Notes: generated by a model not told the origin, from the sequence alone. DNA of 64,000 nt from Oscillospiraceae bacterium (GCA_015063325.1 SVUK01000006.1:140654-204653), one strand, 5' to 3'. Positions 16,694 to 26,611 are shown, numbered from the stretch's first letter. Program-made: numbers and translations.

Positions 16694-18544
16694 ATGCCGC
16701 AAACCGAAAAGGACCGCGCGCGCTTGTTGGAAAAGGCGAACTCTTTGCCGCTTGTTCCGGGCGTTTATCTGATGCACGATAAAAGCGGAAAAGTGATTTA
16801 CGTCGGAAAATCGCGCAAGCTTAAAAACCGCGTTTCGCAGTATTTTCAAAACGGCGAAAAAAATATCAAAACCGCGCGAATGGTTTCTTCCGTTTCAGAT
16901 TTCGACTACTATCTATGCACCAACGAAATGGAAGCCCTTTCGCTGGAAAACACATTGATCAAACAGTATAAACCAAAGTATAACATTCTCCTCAAGGACG
17001 CAAAGTCCTATCCCTATATCAAAATCACCGCCGAAGAGTATCCGCGGCTGATTTTTACCCGGAAACGCGAAGCCGATAGGGGAAAGTATTTCGGTCCCTA
17101 CTCAGGCGCGTCGATTGCCTACTCCATGATTGATCTGCTTTCCAAAACGCTCGGACTTCCCACCTGCCGTCGTAAATTTCCGCAGGAGATCGGCAAAGGG
17201 CGCCCCTGCATCTATTATGAGATCGGAAAATGCGCCGGGCTTTGCACCGGTCACGTCAGCGCCGAAGAGCACAGAACCGCAATTGCCTATGCGGCGGAGG
17301 TCCTGAATGGAAAAAATGACGCGGTGCGCAAACTTTTGGAGGAACAGATGAAAAGGGACGCCGAAGCGGAGCGCTATGAAGCCGCCGCAAAATGCCGCGA
17401 TACCATTCGCGCGCTGTCGGCAATTCGTGAAAAGCAGAGCGTGGTCGCCTCTCCCGATGCCGAGCAGGACGTTTTTGCCCTTTGGACGGACGATTTCTGC
17501 ACATGTATTTCGGTTTTCTATATCCGTGGCGGCGCAGTGCAGGATTCTTCCGATTTTCTGTTCGGAGCCGATGAAATCCCTGATGATTTGACTGCTTTTC
17601 TGACCGAGCATTATCGCTCGCGCGCCTATATTCCACCGCGCGTACTGCTCGCTTTTCACATGGAAGAGGAGGATCGCGCCCTGCTTGTCGAGAGCCTTTC
17701 GCAACTGGCAGGCAGAAAGGTGGACGTTCACACGCCCGAGCGCGGATCGCTTCGCACGCTTTGCGAGCTGGTGGAAAGTAACGCCGCCGAGCGCGCCAAA
17801 CGGTATCGGCTGGATTCCGAAAAAGAGGAGGGAACGATTGCCCGACTTGCCGAATTGCTGCGTTTGGAAGTTTATCCGCAAAGAATTGAGGCATACGATA
17901 TATCCAATTTCGGCTCCGAGCATTTGACTGCCGGAATGATTGTTTATAAAAACGGCTTGTTTTCCAAAGCGGATTATCGTTCCTTTCGGATCAAAACGGT
18001 TGTTGGAACCACCGATGACTACGCCAGCATGACCGAGGCGCTGGAACGTCGCCTTGCCCATTTAAGCGATGCAAGCGGTTCTTTTTCCGAGGAGCCTGAT
18101 CTCATCCTTTTGGACGGTGGCCGCGGTCACGTTTCGGTAATCCGTGAAAAACTGCGCGAGCTGGGATTGGATCGCATTCCGGTATTTGGAATGGTTAAGG
18201 ACGACTACCACAAAACGCGTGCGCTTTGTACCGAAAACGAGGAGATCAACATTGCGCGCGAACGAGAAATTTACACCTTGATTTACAAAATTCAGGAAGA
18301 GATTCACCGCTATACGGTTCGCGTTATGGAGCAGGCAAAGCGCGGAACGCTTTCTCATTCGGTATTGACGAAGATCCCCGGGATTGGCGACGCCAAGGCA
18401 AAGCGCGTTCTTGCAGCGTTCGGTGGACTTGCCGCTGTGAAAACGGCGAGTGCCGAGGAGATCGGCAATGTCAAAGGAATCAGCAAAAAGGACGCCGAGG
18501 CGATTTATCGGCATTATCACAAATCGGAGGACGATCGGATATGA
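16694..18544 (+). CDS. uvrC: Excinuclease ABC subunit C
   Basis: GIY-YIG (PGVYLM..VIYVGKS), UVR (YEAAAKCRD), RIEAYDISN, LILLDGGRGH and HhH (IPGIG) motifs. Confidence 0.97.
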   Translation: MPQTEKDRARLLEKANSLPLVPGVYLMHDKSGKVIYVGKSRKLKNRVSQYFQNGEKNIKTARMVSSVSDFDYYLCTNEMEALSLENTLIKQYKPKYNILLKDAKSYPYIKITAEEYPRLIFTRKREADRGKYFGPYSGASIAYSMIDLLSKTLGLPTCRRKFPQEIGKGRPCIYYEIGKCAGLCTGHVSAEEHRTAIAYAAEVLNGKNDAVRKLLEEQMKRDAEAERYEAAAKCRDTIRALSAIREKQSVVASPDAEQDVFALWTDDFCTCISVFYIRGGAVQDSSDFLFGADEIPDDLTAFLTEHYRSRAYIPPRVLLAFHMEEEDRALLVESLSQLAGRKVDVHTPERGSLRTLCELVESNAAERAKRYRLDSEKEEGTIARLAELLRLEVYPQRIEAYDISNFGSEHLTAGMIVYKNGLFSKADYRSFRIKTVVGTTDDYASMTEALERRLAHLSDASGSFSEEPDLILLDGGRGHVSVIREKLRELGLDRIPVFGMVKDDYHKTRALCTENEEINIAREREIYTLIYKIQEEIHRYTVRVMEQAKRGTLSHSVLTKIPGIGDAKAKRVLAAFGGLAAVKTASAEEIGNVKGISKKDAEAIYRHYHKSEDDRI

Positions 18545-19119
18545 TGCGCGTGATTACGGGTTCGGCAAAAGGGATCAGATTGCAAACGCCGGAAGGGGAA
18601 ACCACCCGTCCGACATCCGAACGCGCCAAGGAAGCCTTTTTTTCCATGATTCAGTTTGAGATAGTGGGCAGGCGCGTTTTGGATTTATTCGCCGGATCCG
18701 GGCAGTTGGGCATTGAGGCATTGAGCCGCGGCGCAAAGACGGCAACCTTTACCGATTCTTCCAAGGCGGCAATTCAAGCCGTTCGCGCCAACCTGAAAAA
18801 AACCGGATTTGAGGGGAATACCGTTGTTTATGCCGGCGACGCGCTCACTTTTTTGCGCGGAAGAGCACCGGAAAAATATGATCTTGTTTTTTTGGATCCT
18901 CCCTATGCGCTCGGTCTCGTTCCGCAGGCGCTGGAGCTTCTTTGCAAAGGAAATTTGCTTTTGCCGGGTGCGCTTTTACTCTGCGAAACGGGCGAATCCA
19001 AGGACGTTTTCGGCGGAAACGGAGAACTTGAAAAGCGGTTTACCGTTCGCAGTTTGAAAAAGCACGGCGTTGCGCATTTAACCTTGCTTGTGTATTCGGA
19101 AACGGAGGTTTCGCCATGA
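18541..19119 (+). CDS. rsmD: 16S rRNA (guanine966-N2)-methyltransferase
   Basis: MMRVITGSAKG..TRPTSERAKE, VLDLFAGSGQLGIEALSRGA, FLDPPY. Start at 18541. Confidence 0.95.
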   Translation: MMRVITGSAKGIRLQTPEGETTRPTSERAKEAFFSMIQFEIVGRRVLDLFAGSGQLGIEALSRGAKTATFTDSSKAAIQAVRANLKKTGFEGNTVVYAGDALTFLRGRAPEKYDLVFLDPPYALGLVPQALELLCKGNLLLPGALLLCETGESKDVFGGNGELEKRFTVRSLKKHGVAHLTLLVYSETEVSP

Positions 19120-19622
19120 ACGATCGTTTATCAAAAATTGCAATCGTTCCGGGCAGCTTTGACCCGATGACGCTCGGGCATCTTTCCCTGATTGAAGCGG
19201 TTGCAGCACAGTATGAAACGGTTTACGTTGCGGTGATGCCCAATTTTGAAAAACAGCCGTTTTTGGATACAGAGGCGCGCTGTGAAATTGCAAGATTAAC
19301 GGTTGAAAATCTTCCAAACGTCAAAGTGATTGCCGACGACGGACTTTTGGTGGATCTGTTCGATCGTCTGCACGCCGACGCGGTATGCAAGGGATACCGC
19401 AACGAGACCGACCTTGCCTACGAAACGGTGCAGGATGAATGGAACCGTGCGCACAATCCGCGTTTTTTTACCAAGTTGATTCCGGCAAAACCGGGAACCG
19501 AGGAGATTAGCTCCACATTTGTGCGTCGACTTTTGGAAAGCGAAGCGACGCTGTCCGGATTTGTAGCAGAGAATGCGATCCCGTTTTTACAGTCGGAATT
19601 TGCAAAAATCAAAAGAAAATAA
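19116..19622 (+). CDS. coaD: Pantetheine-phosphate adenylyltransferase
   Basis: PGSFDPMTLGH, KGYR...DLAYE, ISSTFVR; downstream of rsmD. Confidence 0.93.
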   Translation: MNDRLSKIAIVPGSFDPMTLGHLSLIEAVAAQYETVYVAVMPNFEKQPFLDTEARCEIARLTVENLPNVKVIADDGLLVDLFDRLHADAVCKGYRNETDLAYETVQDEWNRAHNPRFFTKLIPAKPGTEEISSTFVRRLLESEATLSGFVAENAIPFLQSEFAKIKRK

Positions 19623-19651
19623 CTCTTTTTCAAAAAAAATGAAAAAAAGTA

Positions 19652-19680
19652 TTGCAAAATGAAATCGATTATGCTATAAT
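19652..19680 (+). promoter_or_regulatory. SigA promoter for rplS
   Basis: TTGCAA-17 nt-TATAAT with extended -10 TG. Confidence 0.8.
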
Positions 19681-19707
19681 ATACGCGTTGCGCGATTTTC
19701 GCGCTAT

Positions 19708-19750
19708 TTTGAGGGTGGTCCGCTGCATGCTCGCATGAACACCTGATTTT
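19708..19750 (+). ncRNA. L19 ribosomal protein leader
   Basis: GGGTGGTCCGCTG-catgctcgc-ATGAACACC immediately upstream of the rplS RBS, matching the known L19-leader pattern. Confidence 0.7.
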
Positions 19751-19765
19751 GAAGGAGGACTCATC

Positions 19766-20107
19766 ATGAATCAGATTGAGGCTTTTACAAACGAGCAATT
19801 GAAAAGCGAAGTGCCCGTAATCCGCATTGGTGACACCGTTCGTGTTCACAACAAAATCAAAGAGGGCGCAAGAGAGAGAATCCAGATGTTTGAGGGAACC
19901 GTTATTGCCAGACACGGCGGCGGTATTTCCGAAACCTTCACCGTTCGCCGCATTTCTTACGGCGTAGGTGTGGAGAAAACCTTCCCGATTCATTCTCCCA
20001 ACGTTGAGAAAGTGGAAATCATTCGCGTCGGTAAAATCCGTCGTGCAAAGCTCTACTATCTGCGTGGCAGAGTTGGTAAAGCTTCCAAGGTCAAGGAACA
20101 AATTTGA
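19766..20107 (+). CDS. rplS: 50S ribosomal protein L19
   Basis: [24 protein letters not shown]...[13 protein letters not shown]...RRAKLYYLR. Confidence 0.98.
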   Translation: MNQIEAFTNEQLKSEVPVIRIGDTVRVHNKIKEGARERIQMFEGTVIARHGGGISETFTVRRISYGVGVEKTFPIHSPNVEKVEIIRVGKIRRAKLYYLRGRVGKASKVKEQI

Positions 20108-20123
20108 CCCGTACTTTTTCAAA

Positions 20124-20170
20124 ACAGGAAAGACCGGTGACAGTTTTTGTCGCCGGTCTTTCCTGTTTTT
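20124..20170 (+). terminator. Intrinsic terminator after rplS, followed by a ~90-nt T-rich low-complexity tract
   Basis: acaggaaagaccggtgaca-...-tgtcgccggtctttcctgt followed by T runs. Confidence 0.85.
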
Positions 20171-20323
20171 TATTTATTTATTTCTTTCTTATTTTTTCTT
20201 TTTTCTTTCTTGTTTTTTCTTTTTTTGCTGTCGCCTTTTTGCGACAGTTTTTTTTATTTTCCCATGATATTATAAAGTTTGCGAAGGACAAGCTTGTAAG
20301 AAAACAAAAAGGAGAAGTGACTG

Positions 20324-20674
20324 ATGATTCATATCAAGCACCAAGTCAACTTTGAAACGGAGGGGGAAGCGCTGTATATTCGCCTTTCCGGAGAGATTGA
20401 CCATCATTCGGCAGTCGGCGTTCGCGTTGGGATCGACGAAAAAATGTTGTCGGACCGACCGAAAATTGTCTATTTGGATCTTTCCAGCATTGATTTTATG
20501 GATAGTTCCGGATTGGGACTGATTATGGGGCGGTTGGCAACTGCAAATCGGTACGGCGGACAGTTGATTGTTCTTGACCCTTCTGTTGCCGCGCAAAGAA
20601 TGATTCGTCTTGCCGCGCTTGATCGCGTCATTCAAATTCAATTTAGCAAAAATAGAAAGGAGATCAACTCATGA
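20324..20674 (+). CDS. spoIIAA: Anti-sigma F factor antagonist
   Basis: STAS domain: LSGEIDHHSA, IDFMDSSGLGLIMGR (phospho-Ser). Confidence 0.93.
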   Translation: MIHIKHQVNFETEGEALYIRLSGEIDHHSAVGVRVGIDEKMLSDRPKIVYLDLSSIDFMDSSGLGLIMGRLATANRYGGQLIVLDPSVAAQRMIRLAALDRVIQIQFSKNRKEINS

Positions 20675-21126
20675 ACAAAAGCACAATTGATTATACCGCG
20701 CGCGTGGAAAACGAGATGGATTTAAAAATGCCTTCGCGCTCGGTCAACGAGGGATTTGCCCGAGCCGCGGTTGCGGCGTTTTGCGCGCAACTCAACCCAA
20801 CTGCAGTGGAGCTTGCCGATTTGAAATGCGCCGTTTCCGAGGCGGTAACGAATTGTATTGTGCACGCTTACCCTGATGGGGTGGGGGAGATTCGATTAAA
20901 CGTTAAGCTTTGCGAGGGAAGAATTGTTCAAGTGGAGATTCGCGACCGCGGATGTGGAATTGCCGATGTCAAAAAGGCGCGCGAGCCGCTCTTTACCACC
21001 GACGCGGCAGGCGAGCGAAGCGGAATGGGATTTACCGTTATGGAGAGCTTTTGCGATTCGGTTCGCGTTCACAGTCGGTTGGGACGCGGCACCACCGTCG
21101 TTCTTTTGAAACGGTTACATATTTGA
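20671..21126 (+). CDS. spoIIAB: Anti-sigma F factor / kinase
   Basis: SVNEGFAR, AVSEAVTNCIVHAY, DRGCGI, ERSGMGFTVMESFCD. Confidence 0.96.
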   Translation: MNKSTIDYTARVENEMDLKMPSRSVNEGFARAAVAAFCAQLNPTAVELADLKCAVSEAVTNCIVHAYPDGVGEIRLNVKLCEGRIVQVEIRDRGCGIADVKKAREPLFTTDAAGERSGMGFTVMESFCDSVRVHSRLGRGTTVVLLKRLHI

Positions 21127-21150
21127 TCCATGATGAAAGGGGATCTGCAA

Positions 21151-21888
21151 ATGCCGGATTGCCTGAAAGAACGCAACGAATATCTGTTGGAGCGGTTTCG
21201 ACTCGGTGATCCGACCGCTGAATCGCTTTTGGTAGAAGAAAATATGGGACTCGTTCGTGCGATTGTTTTGCGTTTTCTCGGCAGAGGGACAGAATACGAC
21301 GATCTGATGCAGATTGGAACGATCGGCATGGTCAAAGCCATTCGCTCCTTTTCGCCCGAATTTGGGGCGAGGTTTTCCACCTACGCCGTTCCGCTCATTG
21401 CCGGCGAGATTCGCCGCCATTTGCGCGATGACGGACCAATCAAGGTCAGCCGAATCTACCGCAAGCAGGGAATTGCCCTTTTGCGCGAAAAAAACCGGAT
21501 TCTTGCAGAGGAAGGCAGAGAGCCGGGAATCGCCGAACTTGCCGAACGTTGCTCTCTTTCCAAAGAAGAGGCGGCAATTTCGTTGGACGCGCTTTCTCCC
21601 ATCGCTTCGCTGTCCGGCGCCATTCACGATGACGACGGAGGACTTACTTTGGAGGGAACGCTTTCGGATGAGGAATCCGAGCGCGAGACCGAGCGTATTT
21701 GCGACCGTATTGCCATTGCGCAAAGTATCGGAAAACTGCCGCCGCTTTGGAGAAAGATTGTTTTGCTACGATATTTTCGCAATTTTACGCAACAGCAAAC
21801 TGCTGAGGAGCTGGGACTTTCACAGGTTAAGGTTTCCCGGGAGGAGAAAAAAATCCTGCAAAGTATGCGATTAGCGCTTGGAGGATAG
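21151..21888 (+). CDS. sigF: Forespore sigma factor SigF
   Basis: EENMGLVR, DDLMQIGTIGMVKAI, FSTYAVPLIAGEIRRHLRDDGPIKVSR, TQQQTAEELGLSQVKVSR; third gene of the spoIIA operon. Start 21151 chosen by RBS; 21130 is an alternative. Confidence 0.93.
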   Translation: MPDCLKERNEYLLERFRLGDPTAESLLVEENMGLVRAIVLRFLGRGTEYDDLMQIGTIGMVKAIRSFSPEFGARFSTYAVPLIAGEIRRHLRDDGPIKVSRIYRKQGIALLREKNRILAEEGREPGIAELAERCSLSKEEAAISLDALSPIASLSGAIHDDDGGLTLEGTLSDEESERETERICDRIAIAQSIGKLPPLWRKIVLLRYFRNFTQQQTAEELGLSQVKVSREEKKILQSMRLALGG

Positions 21889-21925
21889 AAAAACCGCAAC
21901 CCTTAAAAAGGTTGCGGTTTTTCTA
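21889..21925. terminator. Bidirectional terminator sigF / ychF
   Basis: aaaaaccgcaacc-cttaaaaa-ggttgcggttttt. Confidence 0.88.
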
Positions 21926-21953
21926 TTTTTCATCTATCAAACGTTAAAATCAA

Positions 21954-23048
21954 TCAAACGTTAAACCGGAAGTAAACGACATCTCCGTCCTGCATGATAT
22001 AGTCTTTTCCCTCGCTGCGGAGCGCGCCGGCTTCCTTGACGGCGTTCATACTGCCGTATTTCTTCAAATCGTCAAAGGCGACGACCTCGGCGCGAATGAA
22101 TCCGCGCTCAATATCCGAGTGGATTTTTCCGGCGGCTTTCGGCGCCTTTGTTCCTTTTCGGATCGTCCATGCGCGGCATTCGTCGGGACCGGCAGTCAGA
22201 AAGCTGATCAGCCCCAAAAGGGAATAGCTTGCCTTGATCAAACGATCCAATCCGCTTTCTTCAATGCCGAGGTCGGAAAGGAACAAGCTCTTTTCCTCTG
22301 CCGAAAGCTCGGCGATTTCGGCTTCAATCTGACAGCAGATGGGAATGACCTGCGAGTGCTCCTCTTCGGCAAACTCTTTGAGCGCTTTGTAAGCGAGGAG
22401 ATCAAGCGGCTCGGTTGCGGCATAGTCTTCGCTGACGTTGGCAACATAAATCACCGGTTTCATGGTCAAAAGCGGCGTATCCGCAAGAATTGTTTTTTCA
22501 TCCTCGGTCAATTCCAGCGTGCGCGCACTCTTTCCGCTTTCCAAAACGGCGTAAATTTTTTCCAAAAGTTCCAGTTCAACCGCGTATTTTTTGTCGCCGC
22601 GTAAAGCTTTCTTTGTTTTATCAATGCGGCGCTCCAAAATTTCCATATCCGAAAAGATCAATTCCAAATTGATGGTCTCCAAATCGCGCATGGGGTCAAT
22701 CTTTCCGTCCACGTGGATGATATTATCGTCCTCAAAACAGCGAATGACGTGCAGAATAGCGTCCACTTCCCGAATGTTGCCCAAGAATTGATTGCCCAAT
22801 CCTTCTCCTTTGGAAGCTCCTTTTACCAAACCGGCAATATCCACAAATTCGATCACTGCCGGGGTATATTTTGCCGGATGGTGCATTTCTGCAAGAAAAT
22901 CCAGCCGCGCGTCGGGAACGGTGACCACGCCGACGTTCGGTTCAATGGTGCAAAAAGGATAGTTTGCGGATTCTGCTCCCGCGTTTGTCAGCGCGTTGAA
23001 CAGCGTGCTCTTTCCAACGTTCGGCAATCCTACGATACCAAGTTTCAT
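21954..23048 (-). CDS. ychF: Redox-regulated ribosome-binding ATPase YchF
   Basis: [62 protein letters not shown]. Confidence 0.98.
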   Translation of the reverse strand: MKLGIVGLPNVGKSTLFNALTNAGAESANYPFCTIEPNVGVVTVPDARLDFLAEMHHPAKYTPAVIEFVDIAGLVKGASKGEGLGNQFLGNIREVDAILHVIRCFEDDNIIHVDGKIDPMRDLETINLELIFSDMEILERRIDKTKKALRGDKKYAVELELLEKIYAVLESGKSARTLELTEDEKTILADTPLLTMKPVIYVANVSEDYAATEPLDLLAYKALKEFAEEEHSQVIPICCQIEAEIAELSAEEKSLFLSDLGIEESGLDRLIKASYSLLGLISFLTAGPDECRAWTIRKGTKAPKAAGKIHSDIERGFIRAEVVAFDDLKKYGSMNAVKEAGALRSEGKDYIMQDGDVVYFRFNV

Positions 23049-23165
23049 AAAAAAGTCCTCTTTCATTTCGTTCTGTCTTTCCCGTCTATTATAAACGATT
23101 TTCGCTTGTTTGGCAAGAGAGAAGAGGAAAAAAGGCGAAAATTTACAAAAAATTCGGTTTTTGTA

Positions 23166-23195
23166 TTTACAAAGCGGATTTTAATATGGTATAAT
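23166..23195 (+). promoter_or_regulatory. SigA promoter for the two-component system
   Basis: TTTACA-18 nt-TATAAT with extended -10 TG. Confidence 0.7.
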
Positions 23196-23234
23196 ACAGA
23201 AAAGAATGGAAGAAAATTCAAGGAGGACCGGAAT

Positions 23235-23927
23235 ATGACCGATACCCGAATTTTGATCGTTGATGACGACGCGAATATCAGCGAGCTTTTGAAAATCCAC
23301 TTCGAAAGCGAAGGTTACAGTGTGAAAACCGCCGGGGACGGTATCGAGGGGATTGCGCTGTTCAAATCCTTTGAGCCGGATCTGGTTCTTTTGGATATTA
23401 TGCTTCCAAAAAAGGACGGCTGGCAGGTTTGTCGCGAGATCCACGAGATTTCTTCCAAACCGATTATCATGGTCACCGCGAAAGGCGAGGTTTTTGATAA
23501 GGTGTTGGGGTTGGAACTCGGCGCCGACGATTTTGTTGTCAAGCCCTTTGATATGAAGGAACTTTCCGCTCGCGTCAAAGCGGTGCTTCGCCGCTCAAAA
23601 CTCAATGCGCGTGACGCCGACGAGGAAGTGCTCAAATTTGAAAATTTGGAAATCAGCCTGCAAAAATATGAACTGAAAATCAATGGCAAAGCCGTTGATA
23701 CCCCACCGAAGGAACTGGAGTTGCTCTATTTTTTAGCCTCCAATTATAATCGCGCTTTTTCGCGTAACCAACTGCTGGACAAGGTTTGGGGATTTGACTA
23801 TTTGGGCGATTCCAGAACCGTTGACGTTCATGTTAAGCGCCTACGCGACAAACTCAAGGATGTTTCCGACAAATGGCAACTCAAAACGGTTTGGGGCGTT
23901 GGTTATAAATTTGAAGTGTTCAACTGA
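23235..23927 (+). CDS. OmpR/PhoB-family response regulator
   Basis: ILIVDDD, LLDIMLP (phospho-Asp), GADDFVVKPF, wHTH SRTVDVHVKRLRDKL..TVWGVGY. Start 23235 after AGGAGG. Confidence 0.96.
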   Translation: MTDTRILIVDDDANISELLKIHFESEGYSVKTAGDGIEGIALFKSFEPDLVLLDIMLPKKDGWQVCREIHEISSKPIIMVTAKGEVFDKVLGLELGADDFVVKPFDMKELSARVKAVLRRSKLNARDADEEVLKFENLEISLQKYELKINGKAVDTPPKELELLYFLASNYNRAFSRNQLLDKVWGFDYLGDSRTVDVHVKRLRDKLKDVSDKWQLKTVWGVGYKFEVFN

Positions 23928-23940
23928 TCGTTGATTTAAC

Positions 23941-23980
23941 ATTTGCCGCCGTCGAGCAATTTCGGCGGCGGCAAATTTTA
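23941..23980 (+). terminator. Hairpin/terminator between the response regulator and the kinase
   Basis: atttgccgccg...cggcggcaaat-ttta. Confidence 0.7.
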
Positions 23981-24014
23981 TCATTGCTTTTTTTAAAAAG
24001 GGGAGGATCGCAGA

Positions 24015-25499
24015 ATGTTCAAAAGTGTTTTTGCAAAATACGTAACCGCGGTTATGTCGATTTTTGCCATCGGCTTTGCAATCCTTTTGTTTATCGCAAC
24101 CTCTATCGTTAACAATTATATTTCACGCTCCAAAATCCGGGAGATGGATAGTACGGCGAAAGCACTGCAAAATGTAGTGTCTCATCTTGCGGTTGATTGC
24201 GAGCCGGAGAATTTTGAGGCGTGTTTCCAAGCCGCTGTGGAGAAGCCCGAGTTGCCGCTCTCCCAACTGATTTCCGCACTGACCGGAAGAGACGGCGATA
24301 TTGCCGTCCTTGTTGCCGACGCAAACGGGAACGTTTTTTCCATTGCCGGTTTTCATCTTACCAAAGGGCAGCCGGAGGAACGGTTTGTTCTTTCCGAGGA
24401 GCTGAACGGGGCTGCTAAACAAGGGGAACAAACGGTGCAAAGCGCGCAACTGCCGTTTCTTTCCAGTGCGATTCCGGCACGCGTGGAACCCATTCGGAAT
24501 TTTGAACGAGACTATTGCGGCTGTATCGTCGTTTGCGTTACGCAGTTGGATAGCAGTCTCATGCGAGAAGAGATGATTCAATCTATTCTTTCAACGGCAA
24601 TGCTTGTGTTGGTTGCCGCAATGATTGCCGTTTATTTCATCAGTGCGCGCGTCATCTCTCCGCTTCGGGAAATGAGTATTGCCGTTGATCGCTTTGCAAA
24701 GGGAAAATTTGATACGCGCGTCAGCGTTCGGGGAAATGATGAGGTTGCGCGTCTTGCGGAAGCTTTTAACAATATGGCGGATTCACTGGATAATTTGGAA
24801 AAAATGCGCTCCTCCTTTGTTGCCAATGTCTCTCACGATTTGCGAACGCCGATGACGACCATCAGCGGTTTCATCGGAGAGATTCGTTCGGGAGTAATTC
24901 CGCCCGAAAAGCAGGATTATTACCTCGGTGTGATTGAGACCGAGGTGAAGCGGCTTTCCAGACTTGTTGCATCGCTTTTGGATCTTTCCAAGATTCAGGC
25001 AGGCGAACGAAAATTCGTTATGCGGCAATTTGATATTTGCGAAATGGGGCGGCAGATCTTGCTTTCTTTTGAACAGCCGATTGAGCAGAAAAATTTGCAG
25101 ATTTCGTTTGATTGCGACGAGGAGCGAATGCTTGCGAATGCCGATCAGGACGCCATTTATCAGGTGTTCTATAACCTATGCCATAACGCCGTCAAGTTTT
25201 CGCGCGAGGGCGGAGAACTGCGGATTGCAATTGCAGAAACCAAAGAGCATAAAATTCGAGTTTCGGTTTATAATGAAGGAGAGGGGATTCCCGAGGAAGA
25301 TCTTCCGTTTGTGTTCGATCGTTTTTATAAGAGCGATAAAAGTCGGGGACTGGATAAATCGGGGCTGGGATTGGGACTGTATATTTCCAAAACCATTATC
25401 GAAGCGCACGGAGAGACCATTTCCGTCCGAAGCGAACCGAACAAATATTGTACCTTTCAATTCTCCCTCAAAAAAGCCGCCGCAGACGAGCGAGAATAA
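24015..25499 (+). CDS. HAMP-domain sensor histidine kinase
   Basis: Two TMs, HAMP, H-box VSHDLRTP, N-box NLCHNAVKF, FDRFYK, GLGLGLYIS. Confidence 0.96.
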   Translation: MFKSVFAKYVTAVMSIFAIGFAILLFIATSIVNNYISRSKIREMDSTAKALQNVVSHLAVDCEPENFEACFQAAVEKPELPLSQLISALTGRDGDIAVLVADANGNVFSIAGFHLTKGQPEERFVLSEELNGAAKQGEQTVQSAQLPFLSSAIPARVEPIRNFERDYCGCIVVCVTQLDSSLMREEMIQSILSTAMLVLVAAMIAVYFISARVISPLREMSIAVDRFAKGKFDTRVSVRGNDEVARLAEAFNNMADSLDNLEKMRSSFVANVSHDLRTPMTTISGFIGEIRSGVIPPEKQDYYLGVIETEVKRLSRLVASLLDLSKIQAGERKFVMRQFDICEMGRQILLSFEQPIEQKNLQISFDCDEERMLANADQDAIYQVFYNLCHNAVKFSREGGELRIAIAETKEHKIRVSVYNEGEGIPEEDLPFVFDRFYKSDKSRGLDKSGLGLGLYISKTIIEAHGETISVRSEPNKYCTFQFSLKKAAADERE

Positions 25500-25511
25500 C
25501 GGAGAATCAAA

Positions 25512-26546
25512 ATGCCGAGCTATGCATTTTTCGATACAAAATCCTACGACCGTCCTTTTTTTGAGCGATACGGAAAGAAATCGGGGATCGAATTTCGCTT
25601 TTTTGAAACTCGGCTCACACAAGATACCGTTGGGCTTGCCAACGGGTTTGACGGCGTTTGCGCGTTTGTCAATGATGTGATAAACGCCGAAGTTCTTGAA
25701 TCGCTTTACTGCGGCGGTGTGCGTACCGTTGCTTTGCGGTGCGCCGGCTACAATAATGTGGATCTTCACACCGCATTTGGTAAAATCCATGTCGTTCATG
25801 TTCCGGCGTATTCGCCCAATGCCGTTGCCGAGCATGCCATGGCAATGCTTTTGACCAGCATTCGCCGTATTCACAAAGCCTATATCCGAACAAAGGATTT
25901 CAATTTCAGTCTTGATGGATTGACCGGATTTGAATTGCACGGCAAAACGGTAGGCGTTATCGGTACCGGGCGCATCGGACGCGCGTTTATTGAGATCTGC
26001 CGGGGATTCGGTATGAAAATCATCGCTTATGATAAATTTCCAACACCCGAAGGCGGTATTGATTATGTTTCTTTAGATACTCTTTTTGCCGAGAGCGATG
26101 TGATCTCCCTGCATTGTCCGCTGACCGAGGAGACATACCATACTGTTTGTGCAGAGACTATTGAAAAAATGAAAACCGGAGTGGTTATCGTCAACACTTC
26201 ACGCGGTGCACTCATTGACGCTGAAGCGTTGCTGGATGCCATTAAGGATCGCAAGATAGGCGCGGCTTGTCTGGACGTTTACGAGGAGGAAAGCGATATT
26301 TTTTTTGAGGACTATTCCGGACACATTCTGGAAGACGATACGCTGGCAAGGCTGATCTCCATGCCCAATGTACTGGTCACATCTCATCAGGCTTTTTTAA
26401 CCGAAGAAGCACTGGATACAATTGCAAAAACGACGGTGGAAAACATTCTTGAATTGCAGACAAACGGATGGTGCAAAAACGAGCTATGCTACCGGTGCGG
26501 CAAAACCGAAGTTTGTAGCGCCGCCAGAACGGGTAAATGTTTTTGA
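25512..26546 (+). CDS. ldhA: D-isomer-specific 2-hydroxyacid (D-lactate) dehydrogenase with a Cys-rich C-terminal tail
   Basis: LRCAGYNNVD, VPAYSPNAVAEH, GVIGTGRIG, SLHCPL, VNTSRG, LDVYEEE, TSHQAFLT. Confidence 0.88.
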   Translation: MPSYAFFDTKSYDRPFFERYGKKSGIEFRFFETRLTQDTVGLANGFDGVCAFVNDVINAEVLESLYCGGVRTVALRCAGYNNVDLHTAFGKIHVVHVPAYSPNAVAEHAMAMLLTSIRRIHKAYIRTKDFNFSLDGLTGFELHGKTVGVIGTGRIGRAFIEICRGFGMKIIAYDKFPTPEGGIDYVSLDTLFAESDVISLHCPLTEETYHTVCAETIEKMKTGVVIVNTSRGALIDAEALLDAIKDRKIGAACLDVYEEESDIFFEDYSGHILEDDTLARLISMPNVLVTSHQAFLTEEALDTIAKTTVENILELQTNGWCKNELCYRCGKTEVCSAARTGKCF

Positions 26547-26611
26547 AAAATCAGGGCAGAAAAAAGAAACGACTTTGAAAAAACAAAGCCGTTCTTTTTT
26601 TGCTTTTTGCA

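Noticed and set aside
23179-23190. Copy of the 22-bp-array motif (TTTTAATATGGT) at the RR promoter
   Set aside because: Single partial match, explained by the extended -10 (TG-N-TATAAT) context.
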